Shown here one piece after another: positions 28,041-37,369 of a stretch of DNA of 64,000 bases. A program made the position numbers and the translations under genes. The stretch is taken from IMG/VR virus record IMGVR_UViG_3300026408_000032. One strand, 5' to 3'. This DNA comes from an uncultured virus (IMG/VR IMGVR_UViG_3300026408_000032). Its lineage: Duplodnaviria > Heunggongvirae > Uroviricota > Caudoviricetes. The notes under the pieces were generated by a model. The model was not told the DNA's origin and made no database searches. It saw only the letters and a list, made by a program, of their open reading frames with translations. Position 1 is the first letter of the stretch; every line of letters begins with the position of its first letter.

Positions 28041-29471
28041 TTACCCGACTTTCCAGTTGGAAGTTGGTCCGTCACGATCGGCAAAGGCTTTGGCCCAGCC
28101 GTCCGTCTTTACCTTCGTGACTTGCTTGGGTGGACTGTAATGGATGATCGATGGGAACAGATTAGTCAGCGCCCACACAAGCGCATCCACACGGTCGCCG
28201 GTCGTGGTCTTGCCTCGATCGCCGGGGTTGATACCAAACGGAGTGAAAACCACCATTTGATCCTCAAGCGCCGGGAATGAGCCGACGTGAGAAACCCTGC
28301 CTTGCGCATAGAGCGCCGCAATCGGTTCGGCGCGTGTCACCTTACCACGCGAGGCATGAACTGTTAGAACCGGCGCATTCGGGCGAACGGACCGAATGAC
28401 GGCCTCCACCATGTCGCCGCCCTGGTTGCGTTCGGCCACGATCGCGTCGCCGTCAAATTCGTCATAGGCTGCGATTGCGCGCGTTGCCCAGCCATGCGGG
28501 TCCATCGCACACGTAACATCAGCCAGAACATATCCGCGCCCGTCAACGCCAATGCCGGCAACCACGATGCCTGTTTCGGCGCCGCCGTCACTGTCGCCTG
28601 ATCCGCCCCACGACGCCGCTGGGTCAATGGCGATGATGACCCGTTGCATATCGGGCAGGTGCCCGCCCTTGGCGATGCGCCTGGCGTCAATGTCGGCCCG
28701 CTTCCAGAGCGCGTCTGGCGCGTCATCCAGAATTTCCGCATCGATCTCTTGCCGACCCAGCCTTGTGCCGGCATAGCGGGCCTCGATCTTGCTGATGAAT
28801 GAGGGTGCGAGATTGGCCCTGTTCTCGTTCATCGACCCGCGTGTCACGACCGTCCGCGGATCGGCCACTATGTCCTTTAATGCCTTTATTGGCCGCGGCG
28901 TGGTCGTCACGATCTGCCGGGGATCATCCCCTAAGCGAAGACCGAACTGAAGATTGTCCCACGTCTCCTGAGCATAGGCCCATTTTGCGAGCTCATCGGA
29001 CCACGCCGCGTCGTGTTGCGGGCCTCGGAGCTGATCCGGCTCAACCGCATTGTAAAGCGTTGCAACGGCCCCGTTGGGCCATGTCACACGCCGCTTGGAC
29101 GGCTCATAATGCGGGCGAAAGTCTTTTGGGTGGACCGATAACAGGCCGCTGTCGCCTTCCACCATAACATCACGACAGTCAGCCGCCGTCTCGCCAACGA
29201 GGGCAATGCGCTTTATGGTTCCGGGCGCCATTGGCGTTGCCCCGCAGACCAGTGACCTGATCCACTCAGCACCACACCGGGTCTTGCCGAAACCACGGCC
29301 GGCAAGGATCAGCCACGTCGCCCAATCACCCGCCGGAGCAAACTGTTTCGGACGCCCCCAGAATGACCAGTTGAATAGGAGTTCTTCTCTTTCGTCGGCT
29401 GGCATCGCTTCGATGATCGCTCTGCGTTCCATCTCCGGAAGCAAAGCGAACCGCTCAGCCCGCGACAGCAA
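28041..29471 (-). CDS. terL: Terminase large subunit
   Basis: AGRGFGKT Walker A, LRGPQ..WSDE Walker B, IAIDPA, DRVDA. Confidence 0.96.
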   Translation of the reverse strand: MLSRAERFALLPEMERRAIIEAMPADEREELLFNWSFWGRPKQFAPAGDWATWLILAGRGFGKTRCGAEWIRSLVCGATPMAPGTIKRIALVGETAADCRDVMVEGDSGLLSVHPKDFRPHYEPSKRRVTWPNGAVATLYNAVEPDQLRGPQHDAAWSDELAKWAYAQETWDNLQFGLRLGDDPRQIVTTTPRPIKALKDIVADPRTVVTRGSMNENRANLAPSFISKIEARYAGTRLGRQEIDAEILDDAPDALWKRADIDARRIAKGGHLPDMQRVIIAIDPAASWGGSGDSDGGAETGIVVAGIGVDGRGYVLADVTCAMDPHGWATRAIAAYDEFDGDAIVAERNQGGDMVEAVIRSVRPNAPVLTVHASRGKVTRAEPIAALYAQGRVSHVGSFPALEDQMVVFTPFGINPGDRGKTTTGDRVDALVWALTNLFPSIIHYSPPKQVTKVKTDGWAKAFADRDGPTSNWKVG

Positions 29472-29480
29472 TTGGCGCTC

Positions 29481-30104
29481 CTAGTCCTTGCGTGCCGCAA
29501 GACGGTCAAGGCGGTTAAACAATTCTTCGGTTGCGGTCGCCACACGTTGCGCGGCGTCATCCGGTCCATCGTCCGGCTTATCGAGGCTGAACGCCTGGCG
29601 CTCTAGCGGAATGAGAGTTCTCAACGCCTGAGCCAACGTCGATGCGGTCTGTGCCCTACTAGGAAGCGCAACAGCCGCCAGCATCCGTGCCCGCCGCTTG
29701 CCGCCCTTGTCGTCCGCCGTTTCGGCTTCAATATCTTCTTCGATCTCGCCACGGTGCTCAATGACCGAATGAAGCTCGTCGATCAGCTTCGTAACGGCCT
29801 TGCGGTTCGTGCCAATATCTTGGCGATGTTCGCGAACCAGCGCGACGCCACGAGCAGCGGCCATCTCAATGGTTGCAGACCCCCGCGCTTCCTGCAACCC
29901 TTCTGCAACCAGCCGAGCTGCTACCTCAGTCCGAACCTTTTCGGACAGGTCACGATTCCAGCCGTTCTTCTTGGCTTTCTTCTGAATGGCGGCGCGGCTG
30001 ATGTTGTATTGGCGCGCAATCTGCGCCTCGGACAATTGGCCGGCGCGATATTCCTTCTCGATCGCCTCCCAATCGGTCGGAGGCTTTGCGGGCTTGTCCG
30101 TCAC
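29481..30104 (-). CDS. terS: Terminase small subunit
   Basis: DWEAIE.EYRAG.LS..IA HTH, W.RDL; upstream of terL. Confidence 0.85.
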   Translation of the reverse strand: MTDKPAKPPTDWEAIEKEYRAGQLSEAQIARQYNISRAAIQKKAKKNGWNRDLSEKVRTEVAARLVAEGLQEARGSATIEMAAARGVALVREHRQDIGTNRKAVTKLIDELHSVIEHRGEIEEDIEAETADDKGGKRRARMLAAVALPSRAQTASTLAQALRTLIPLERQAFSLDKPDDGPDDAAQRVATATEELFNRLDRLAARKD

Positions 30105-30195
30105 GTCCTCACATCCACGGCCAGTAGATCAGCGCCCAACACGTTGCCCCTAGTAGAAAACCAGCCCAGAACCATAGGTCGGTGAGTTCCACAGA

Positions 30196-30885
30196 CTACC
30201 CTATGAGCGATAGCTGTTCAGCCTTTGGTGCAGGAGCTTGAACGAACATATCGGGCTGTGCGTAGGCTTGCTCGATGCGTCGGCACGCTATGTCGAAATA
30301 GCGAGGGTCAAGCTCGATCCCGATGAACTTCCTGCCAAGTTTCACGCAGGCAACGCCAGTTGTGCCAGAGCCCATGAAGGGGTCGAGAATGGTATGAGCT
30401 GTCAATGGAAGTTGCTCTATGCACCACTGCATCACTTCAATGGGCTTTTGCGTGGGGTGCACCCGTCTGTCGTCTCGCTCAGACGCCTTCAACATGCCGT
30501 TCCAAAGATGCCGCTTGAGACGCGCCGAGCCGCCTCGCTTACACCAAGCCAATTCACAGTCGCTATTATTATTTGAACTCACTCCGTCGCGCTTATCCCA
30601 TATAAGCCATGCGGCCGATGGCGGGAGGCTGCTAGCGTAGTGGTTTGCGCCCCAAAGAATGACATCGGTGGCGCCTAGAAATGGCGTTGGGTCGAAGGGC
30701 TCGCAGTCACCTTCGATGACGGGATAGTCACCCCGCTCATACATTCCTCGACCCGATGGTGATTTATATCCAATGCCGTAGGGCGGATCCGCGACAATGG
30801 CGTCCACTTTCGGCAAAGAAGCCAGAACCTCGCGACAGTCTCCCTGGTAGAGTTGGCAATCGCCTATCTCTACCTTCGTGACCAT
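30196..30885 (-). CDS. Orphan N6-A/N4-C DNA methyltransferase (beta class)
   Basis: DPPY, HPTQKP, DPFMGSGTTG. Confidence 0.93.
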   Translation of the reverse strand: MVTKVEIGDCQLYQGDCREVLASLPKVDAIVADPPYGIGYKSPSGRGMYERGDYPVIEGDCEPFDPTPFLGATDVILWGANHYASSLPPSAAWLIWDKRDGVSSNNNSDCELAWCKRGGSARLKRHLWNGMLKASERDDRRVHPTQKPIEVMQWCIEQLPLTAHTILDPFMGSGTTGVACVKLGRKFIGIELDPRYFDIACRRIEQAYAQPDMFVQAPAPKAEQLSLIG

Positions 30886-31031
30886 TGCTTTTCGGATTGT
30901 CCCTAGTTGCCTATGCTCATGTCGTGCTCCATCCTCCGCTGATCTGGCCTCGGTCCAGTTCCATGCCGTTCTGATGTGGTTGGCGTGCAGGTCTGACGGG
31001 CCGTCTTGCGAGCGGGGACGGATTGCCCAAC

Positions 31032-31064
31032 AAAAAACCCGCTCGGAGGTATCTCCAGCGGGTT
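31032..31064 (-). terminator. Terminator at the head of the late operon (tR'-like)
   Basis: CCCGCT-GGAG/CTCC-G-AGCGGG plus TTTTTT on the minus strand. Confidence 0.6.
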
Positions 31065-31291
31065 CGGGCAATTCGTGCAGTGTGACTTGTGTCTAACCGA
31101 TTTAAGCCGGGAGCGCTAGTGCAAAAGCGCAACAATCGGAATGTTTCAGCAAGATTTTTTGAAATAATCGGAAAGTCGGTGATTTCCTCTGACCTCAGAA
31201 TCCTCTGATTTGCACCTTATGTCAAAGGCTTAAGGGTGAGTTCCTGATGATTGCTGGGGATTGCGGAATCTTGAGGTCGCTTGATATTGCG

Positions 31292-31636
31292 TTAGCCCAT
31301 GGCGAGCCGAATAAGCGCTACCATGGCTTCGCCCTCATCCTTCGCACTTTCCGTCCGCGCGATTACTCCGAATTGCGTTCGTCTCTGAAGCACCAAAACG
31401 CCGATGTCATGGGCGATCAGCCGAATAAATTCAGGAGGCATATCCCGGATCTGTAACGTTACTTCCAGCGATTCCTCCGTTTCATCGAATGGGCCGACAA
31501 CACGAAGCCCAGATCCCTCCAAATTATCGAGGATGTGCTGCAAAAGATTGCGGGCGGTCTGACGCTGTTCGCGCTTCAGTTTGTTTCGCTCTTTGTCTTC
31601 GACCTCGATGGCTTTCTGCGCCTGCACCAAATTCAT
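31292..31636 (-). CDS. Hypothetical protein
   Basis: GGGGAG SD; 114 aa. Confidence 0.6.
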   Translation of the reverse strand: MNLVQAQKAIEVEDKERNKLKREQRQTARNLLQHILDNLEGSGLRVVGPFDETEESLEVTLQIRDMPPEFIRLIAHDIGVLVLQRRTQFGVIARTESAKDEGEAMVALIRLAMG

Positions 31637-31726
31637 TTCCGCTTTCTCCCCTTCTCGCCCATTGAATTTATTTAGGTTGTAACCCTCATGCCCATTTCCG
31701 TATGGCGAGTTACAACGCCAATGACT

Positions 31727-31900
31727 TCAACCACCTGTATTGAAATCAGCGCATCGTTCCCGTCTTACCCACGCGCGGACGGCTTCAATGCGCTCAGGGG
31801 TTATGCCGGAGCCATCGCCTAAGCATTTATGGACGCTCTCCAACATATCGAGGATTTCGCTCACGGCCTCATGTGCGGACGGTATCTGTTTGCCCTTCAT
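31727..31900 (-). CDS. Small hypothetical protein (57 aa)
   Basis: ATGA overlap with the RHH gene; GGAGG SD. Confidence 0.5.
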   Translation of the reverse strand: MKGKQIPSAHEAVSEILDMLESVHKCLGDGSGITPERIEAVRAWVRRERCADFNTGG

Positions 31901-32055
31901 TTGCGCTTGGCCTCCGCTTTGTCGTGTGCGCGCTCGATGAGCCGCCTAACCATCTCAGACCGGGACGGGATGTCTTTCTCCAGCCGCCGCAAATCGTCGA
32001 GCTGAGCCACGATCTCGTCGGCAATCCGCATCTGCAAAAGCGTGTTCTGGGTCAT
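31897..32055 (-). CDS. Ribbon-helix-helix (CopG/Arc-like) regulator, 52 aa
   Basis: MTQNTLLQMRIADEIVAQLDDLRR..PSRSEMVRRLIE; not in the supplied ORF track. Confidence 0.8.
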   Translation of the reverse strand: MTQNTLLQMRIADEIVAQLDDLRRLEKDIPSRSEMVRRLIERAHDKAEAKRK

Positions 32056-32125
32056 GTTGTAGGCATAACCCTGATGTTACTCAGTGTCAACACATCAAAT
32101 CTTTGTGATTGACGTAGTGATTGTA

Positions 32126-32154
32126 TTGACAAACAACACATGCGGGTTTATATT
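32126..32154 (+). promoter_or_regulatory. sigma70 promoter of the moron, divergent from the RHH gene
   Basis: TTGACA-N17-TATATT; CAACACAT repeated at 32088 and 32134. Confidence 0.75.
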
Positions 32155-32289
32155 GGGAATAGTTGAGCAGGCCCCAAGCCAATACGCAGCGACCCGAAAC
32201 AAGCCCACAGCGCCACAGGGATGGCCAGAAGGCAAGGCGGGAAACCGGAGTGGCTCGACAGAGCGAACAAGATGCGCGGCTGGAACTAA

Positions 32290-32344
32290 GGTCGAAACCG
32301 GCGCGAATGCCGGTCCTACCGTCAAGCGGTAGCTGATGATGACC
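32290..32344 (+). ncRNA. Type II hammerhead ribozyme
   Basis: GGTC-GAAA-CCGGC(gcgaat)GCCGG-TC^-CTACCG(tcaag)CGGTAG-CTGATGA-t-GACC. Confidence 0.85.
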
Positions 32345-32427
32345 CGTCAGAAACAAGCGAGGCCCGCAACTGTGCAACCAGCGGCGAGCCTCTTGTCTCA
32401 ACCCTGACTGAACCAGGAGATGAAACC

Positions 32428-33453
32428 ATGACAGAACCTACCACACTTGAACGACGCACCGCAATCGGGGTGGGAATACTTATCCTCGCCGCTGCGACTG
32501 ATGTCGCAGTTCGTAAAGCAGGCGGATATGGCAGCGATTATTCCCGCCTGCTTGTCGCTATGTCCTGCGGTGTCGTGACCGGCGCGTACCTTCTTGGACG
32601 TGCTTGGTCTATGTCACGTCCTATCGCAATCGTAATCCTGTGTACGCTGTGCTGCGGAGAAGGCTTCAATCTCTGGCAAACAGTTGAACGTGTGATGACC
32701 GCTCGCGAAGCAGGACGCGCACCTGCCCGTGCCGCCCTGAAACAGCACGAGGAAGCCGAAACTGCTCTCAAGGCGGCAGAGGGTTCCGAAGTCACGTCTG
32801 CCCGCCTCTCGCTCGCTCTGCAAGCCGCAGCGAAGGCTAAGGCGGCATACGAACTTGAACTCCGGACTGGCGGTCGCTGCCGGACCATCTGCAACGGTTT
32901 GAAAGCCGATGCAGAGAAAGCCGGAAAGGAAGTCACCACTGCGCTCTCCGAGGCCGAAGGCATGAAGCTCACAGCGATCAAGACGGCGAAAGCTGATCTT
33001 GCGGCGCATCCGCTTCCGGCATCGGGAACGGCATCGTCGGATGAAACAGGCATTCCGGTTTGGGTGCTCGATCTCATTTCGGCGGTGTTGCTGTCACTCG
33101 GAGCAAACGGCTTGGCGGCCTCGTTAATTGCTTTCGGAGCGCATTCAACTATATCAAAATCTGATATAGTTGCTCAGTACAACGACAACGAACAGACCGA
33201 CTTTGCCGCTTCTGAGTTTGATGCGGTCAAAATCCGCTCGATGGTCGGGGGTGGATTTCCGGGAAAGCCTACTCCGCCTAACAAACCTCGGAAACGTGGT
33301 CGGAAAGCGGATTCCCGGATTGTCGATTTCTCGGAAAAATTCCGGGAAAGGCACGGCAGAGCCCCATCTGGCGGGGAGATAAAGTCGGAATTCCCAGAAT
33401 TGCCAGTGTCTACGGCTTACGACTATTCGAACCGCGCACGCATTACGGGATAA
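32428..33453 (+). CDS. Multi-TM coiled-coil protein with basic, HTH-like C-terminus (moron)
   Basis: Three N-terminal TMs, CxxxC in the coiled coil, a further TM; AGGAG SD. Confidence 0.8.
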   Translation: MTEPTTLERRTAIGVGILILAAATDVAVRKAGGYGSDYSRLLVAMSCGVVTGAYLLGRAWSMSRPIAIVILCTLCCGEGFNLWQTVERVMTAREAGRAPARAALKQHEEAETALKAAEGSEVTSARLSLALQAAAKAKAAYELELRTGGRCRTICNGLKADAEKAGKEVTTALSEAEGMKLTAIKTAKADLAAHPLPASGTASSDETGIPVWVLDLISAVLLSLGANGLAASLIAFGAHSTISKSDIVAQYNDNEQTDFAASEFDAVKIRSMVGGGFPGKPTPPNKPRKRGRKADSRIVDFSEKFRERHGRAPSGGEIKSEFPELPVSTAYDYSNRARITG

Positions 33454-33470
33454 CGATTGTCGGAAACTTT

Positions 33471-33499
33471 AGAGCCCGGTCAGCAATGGCCGGGCTTTT
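33471..33499 (+). terminator. Intrinsic terminator
   Basis: AGCCCGGTCA-GCAA-TGGCCGGGCT-TTT. Confidence 0.8.
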
Positions 33500-33503
33500 C
33501 CGT

Positions 33504-34145
33504 TTATGGCCTCGCGCGGCCGCCTTCACGCGCCTTAGTGACCTCGATTGAGCGCTCTAGCGTCCATCCCTGTGTAACATAACGCTGGTAGACCGCTTTC
33601 CGACTTACACCCTCATCCGCCACAACGTCACAAAACAGTCGGTCCTCTCCTTTGTATCTCACCAAGAGGACATTTCTCTTGTTTCGAGACTGCGTGGCTC
33701 TCGTTTCCCACCGGCAATTCTCGGGATAATATCCTTTATCGTTATCGAGACGCTCCAGCGTCATGCCCTTTGGGCAATCGCCCATGTCCTCGAAAAAATT
33801 TGCGAAATTTTCCCATCGCGTGCACACGGAGATGCCGCGAGCGCCATAATTCTTGTAACTTTTATTATTGGGATTCTCGCATCTTTGGCGCATCGTTTTC
33901 CAGACGAAATATTCTTTGCGACGACTCATGCCGTGAGTTGTGCTTCTCTCTACAATTTTCTCCCGGTTATAACAGCCGCATGAGATTGTTCCTCCGTAGA
34001 GAAGTTCTCTATGGCTGACGCGAACCTCTGCCCCGCAAGAACACCTACAATTCCAATAAGGATTCCGACGTGGTCCGACATGATGAATATCAATTGCTGT
34101 AAGGCGTCCGAATACGCCTCCAGACAAGTCCCTTCTCTTCCTCAT
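33504..34145 (-). CDS. HNH-type homing endonuclease
   Basis: WNCRCSCG, YGARGISVC, TLERLDNDKGYYPENCRW. Confidence 0.88.
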   Translation of the reverse strand: MRKRRDLSGGVFGRLTAIDIHHVGPRRNPYWNCRCSCGAEVRVSHRELLYGGTISCGCYNREKIVERSTTHGMSRRKEYFVWKTMRQRCENPNNKSYKNYGARGISVCTRWENFANFFEDMGDCPKGMTLERLDNDKGYYPENCRWETRATQSRNKRNVLLVRYKGEDRLFCDVVADEGVSRKAVYQRYVTQGWTLERSIEVTKAREGGRARP

Positions 34146-34660
34146 GGGCGGCTCAATCCTCGCGTTTTAGCTTTCGTTATTATAGTCTTTTTCTTGGATT
34201 TTTTCCACCTAATACGTTGGCTTGCATTGTGTGATTTTCGATATCGCACGATCTTCCCATCCGCTCCGATACGCGCGCCACCCCATGCCTTGCCCGAGAT
34301 GAAGGTGCTCATAGCCGACCTTCTCGGACTTCGCGGATAACTTCACGAACAGCATCGACTCCGGCGCCAAGCATGATGAACCCAACCCAAAACCCGGCGC
34401 ACCAGTAGACAAGCTGCCAAGATGGCTCGAATTCGTTCAGCAAAAATAGGGCTGAAACAAATGCGATATCGAAAAAGAAGTCGCCTACAGCGATAATCCA
34501 ATCTCCGGGTGTTTTTAGCTTTCTTCTCATCGTGCCCTCTCTATCGCAACGCGCGCCGGAACGTGTTCGGAAACATACGTTCCAATTTCAAGCACAGCCC
34601 ATAGGAACCAAAACCCTACAACGAACATGAAAGACCAGAAGGCGAGTTCACGTTTCCATG

Positions 34661-34996
34661 TCATGATGTGAATCCCATTGGCTTGCCGTCGTACATAGGA
34701 TGCGCTCCGTAAACGGCGCGAAAGTTCTCAATATCGCGCTCGATAGTTTCGCGATCTTCAACCTGCGACGTTGCATAGAAGTCGAGTTCGTATTGGCTAA
34801 TTTGGTGAAACTTCCGCAACCTCTGGAACATCGGAAGCAGCGTCTCGTGCCATCTCCAAGCGGCCAGTTTGCAAGCGATCATTCCTTCCGTTACCTCGCG
34901 CAGCTTGACGCGAAGTTCCGATGCTTCCATTTCCGCGAAACCGGCAGCAGCCAAGGCATCGTCAAAAAACGCCTCCGGCACAAATTGTTCACTCAT
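34661..34996 (-). CDS. Hypothetical protein
   Basis: Coupled ORF in the leftward operon. Confidence 0.6.
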   Translation of the reverse strand: MSEQFVPEAFFDDALAAAGFAEMEASELRVKLREVTEGMIACKLAAWRWHETLLPMFQRLRKFHQISQYELDFYATSQVEDRETIERDIENFRAVYGAHPMYDGKPMGFTS

Positions 34997-35192
34997 GCCG
35001 ATCTCCGATGCGCAGATGCTTCGATGACATGGAACCCTGCTTCTCTCGCGACTTCCATTTCCTCAGCGTCGTCAATACGTGGTGTAATTCTCCCTGCTCT
35101 AATTCCTTCAAGCCTTAGTGTTCGAATGGCTAGCTTGTAACACCCGTAAGCATTGTCAGCGGCGTCATAGCCGTCGTTCTCGTTCGTAATCA

Positions 35193-35663
35193 TTAGACCC
35201 CCGTTATCCGTGCAAAGACTTCCTGAAATTTCACTTGCTCCAATTCGACAGCATCGGCTTCCGTCAAAAGCGGAATGCGTTCTGATGCTGCGAGCGAAAC
35301 AACTTCGAGCGCTGCGGCTTGTCCGGATTTTTCCCACCAAGATCCTCTGCGCCACGATGGACGCCATACCGTTTCCAGTTCCGACCTCAACCTGAGCAGC
35401 GGCCCTTCCCCTCGGATGATGTGCTGAAAGTGGACGGTGAGCTTTTCGCTCCGCCAGCGTTGGGCCGTTTCGATTGCGCCCGCGAAGGATTTCCGGGACG
35501 AAACACCAAGCGAGATTTCACCTGCCAACGGTCCCGTCTCATCCCCGATGCAGTAAAGGACTTTCAAATCCAACTCACGTTCGACCAGCTTGAACAGCGC
35601 GGTATCTTGCGCCGTCTCTTTCCGGTCGAAGTAGACCGTCTGCATTTTGGAGGCGAGACTCAA
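35193..35663 (-). CDS. Hypothetical protein
   Basis: Coupled to the upstream gene. Confidence 0.6.
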   Translation of the reverse strand: MSLASKMQTVYFDRKETAQDTALFKLVERELDLKVLYCIGDETGPLAGEISLGVSSRKSFAGAIETAQRWRSEKLTVHFQHIIRGEGPLLRLRSELETVWRPSWRRGSWWEKSGQAAALEVVSLAASERIPLLTEADAVELEQVKFQEVFARITGV

Positions 35664-36337
35664 ACCGTTACCCCTTCCCGGCTGAGTTTTTGAATGCGGT
35701 ACAGGTCCGCGTATCGCGCGGTTCCGTTAGCGATGCGGAATAATTCGCGCGAAATTTGATAAATACGCTTTTCGATCTGGTCTGAGTTCAGGCCAAATTT
35801 CATTCCGATGAGCCTCGGCCCCCACCCTTGCGCGTGAAGCGTTAGGATGCGCTGATCGGCAACCTGCGGCGACTTACTGCTGCCAGTCCTGTATTGCTCA
35901 ACGCATCGCTCGAACTCATCGATGTTTTCAGGGAGCAGCGCCAGCTTAGCAAACCAAGCTCCGGCGATCAGAGAGTCGCTTATCTCTTTGCGTGTGGGGT
36001 CGTCTCTCTCTCGCCTATCATCGTCATCGCGCGGCGGGATTTCGCCCTTAGCATCCACGATGTCCATGAACGGCTCGATGGGAATATCCCGCCGGTAGAT
36101 ACGAACTCCCGGCTTGAAATCCTTCTTGGGGTCGTTGCCTTCGCGCGCGAGCAGGTCCGACCATTCAACCAGAGTTGCCGGCCAAGCGGCTTTCGTTCCT
36201 GAAGCGAGAAACCGTCTCTCCCGATCCGGCATCGCTTTGAGCGTTCGGATTGCGGTCAAGGTCCGTTCGAAGACTTCCGCTTCCGAGATGTAGGGTGCTC
36301 TAGGTGGAAGGGTTGGGACGTAGGTGCGGAGTTTCAC
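35660..36337 (-). CDS. Putative late regulator/antiterminator (Q-like position)
   Basis: A..TL.AMP..WP motif, C-terminal HTH-like segment; position. Confidence 0.5.
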   Translation of the reverse strand: MKLRTYVPTLPPRAPYISEAEVFERTLTAIRTLKAMPDRERRFLASGTKAAWPATLVEWSDLLAREGNDPKKDFKPGVRIYRRDIPIEPFMDIVDAKGEIPPRDDDDRRERDDPTRKEISDSLIAGAWFAKLALLPENIDEFERCVEQYRTGSSKSPQVADQRILTLHAQGWGPRLIGMKFGLNSDQIEKRIYQISRELFRIANGTARYADLYRIQKLSREGVTV

Positions 36338-36876
36338 TCTGCGGCCTCTCTGACAGGGACGCGCACAAGATGGGGAAATTCGCGCCTAGCGATTGCGAGA
36401 AACTTGTGTTCGCTTTCCTTGCAGGTCACGCGGCGGCGGTGCTCATAAGCATCCTCATCCGGCTTGCGTTCTTCCGTGAGGCGTATGGGCGGCACGTAGA
36501 GCGTCGCTGGCGCGGGTTCGGGCTCTGCCGGTAGGGGTGCCGCTACCGGCTCGAAATAGACGAACTGTGCCTCACCTGGCTGCCATTCCAGCGCCATCTG
36601 GCGGGCAGCGTCCAGCTTCTCGACAAATTCAGGGTCGGTCGCCATCAGCATACCGACGCGGCGCAATCCACTCATCACGGTCGTATGATCGCGATCGCCA
36701 AGGATGCGGCCGAGTTCCGGGTAGCTCGTATCTGGTCGCAACTCACGGACAAGATGCCAAGCCGCAAATCGGGCGTGGCAATATTTGTTGTGCTGGCGTT
36801 TTGATTCCATGTCGCGATACGAAACGTCGAACGCTTTGGCGACACAGTTGATGATCGTGCGGCGCGGAATTTTCAT
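36334..36876 (-). CDS. DnaA domain IV-like HTH protein
   Basis: AR..A.HL.R..SYPELGR..RDHTTV. Confidence 0.88.
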   Translation of the reverse strand: MKIPRRTIINCVAKAFDVSYRDMESKRQHNKYCHARFAAWHLVRELRPDTSYPELGRILGDRDHTTVMSGLRRVGMLMATDPEFVEKLDAARQMALEWQPGEAQFVYFEPVAAPLPAEPEPAPATLYVPPIRLTEERKPDEDAYEHRRRVTCKESEHKFLAIARREFPHLVRVPVREAAE

Positions 36877-36886
36877 GTTGTCCCCC

Positions 36887-37360
36887 TCAGAACGGAATCT
36901 CGTCGTCTAATGCTTTGTCGAAGTTGCCTTTCCCACGCGCCGGTGCAGGCTTGCTGTTTCCCGCTCCAAATCCGCCGTCAGTGTTGAGATCGTCTTCGCG
37001 GTCCTTTGAGGGACCATCCAACATCGTCAGCGTGCCGTTGAAGGCTTGCAGGACAACTTCCGTAGAATACTTCTCGGCGCCGGATTGATCGGTCCACTTC
37101 CGCGTTTGAAGCGAACCTTCAATGTAGAGCTTGGCGCCCTTCTTGACGTACTGCTCGATGACCTTGACCAATCCTTCCTGGAACACGACGACGCGATGCC
37201 ATTCCGTCTTTTCCTTGCGTTCACCTGTTTGCTTGTCGCGCCATGTGTCGCTGGTAGCGATCGATAGGTTTGCGATTTTGCGACCGTCATTCGTTGTGCG
37301 GATTTCCGGGTCTTTCCCGCAATTTCCAACCAAAATGACCTTATTGACTGAGCCTGCCAT
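36887..37360 (-). CDS. ssb: Single-stranded DNA-binding protein
   Basis: [27 protein letters not shown] tail. Confidence 0.97.
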   Translation of the reverse strand: MAGSVNKVILVGNCGKDPEIRTTNDGRKIANLSIATSDTWRDKQTGERKEKTEWHRVVVFQEGLVKVIEQYVKKGAKLYIEGSLQTRKWTDQSGAEKYSTEVVLQAFNGTLTMLDGPSKDREDDLNTDGGFGAGNSKPAPARGKGNFDKALDDEIPF

Positions 37361-37369
37361 TGACGTTCC

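Noticed and set aside
30196..30885. Restriction-modification system
   Set aside because: No adjacent endonuclease; orphan methylases beside terS are common.
32313..32354. Alternative type III hammerhead using the GAAA at 32350
   Set aside because: Stem III would be only 2 bp; the type II fold pairs fully. It could at most be a competing conformer.
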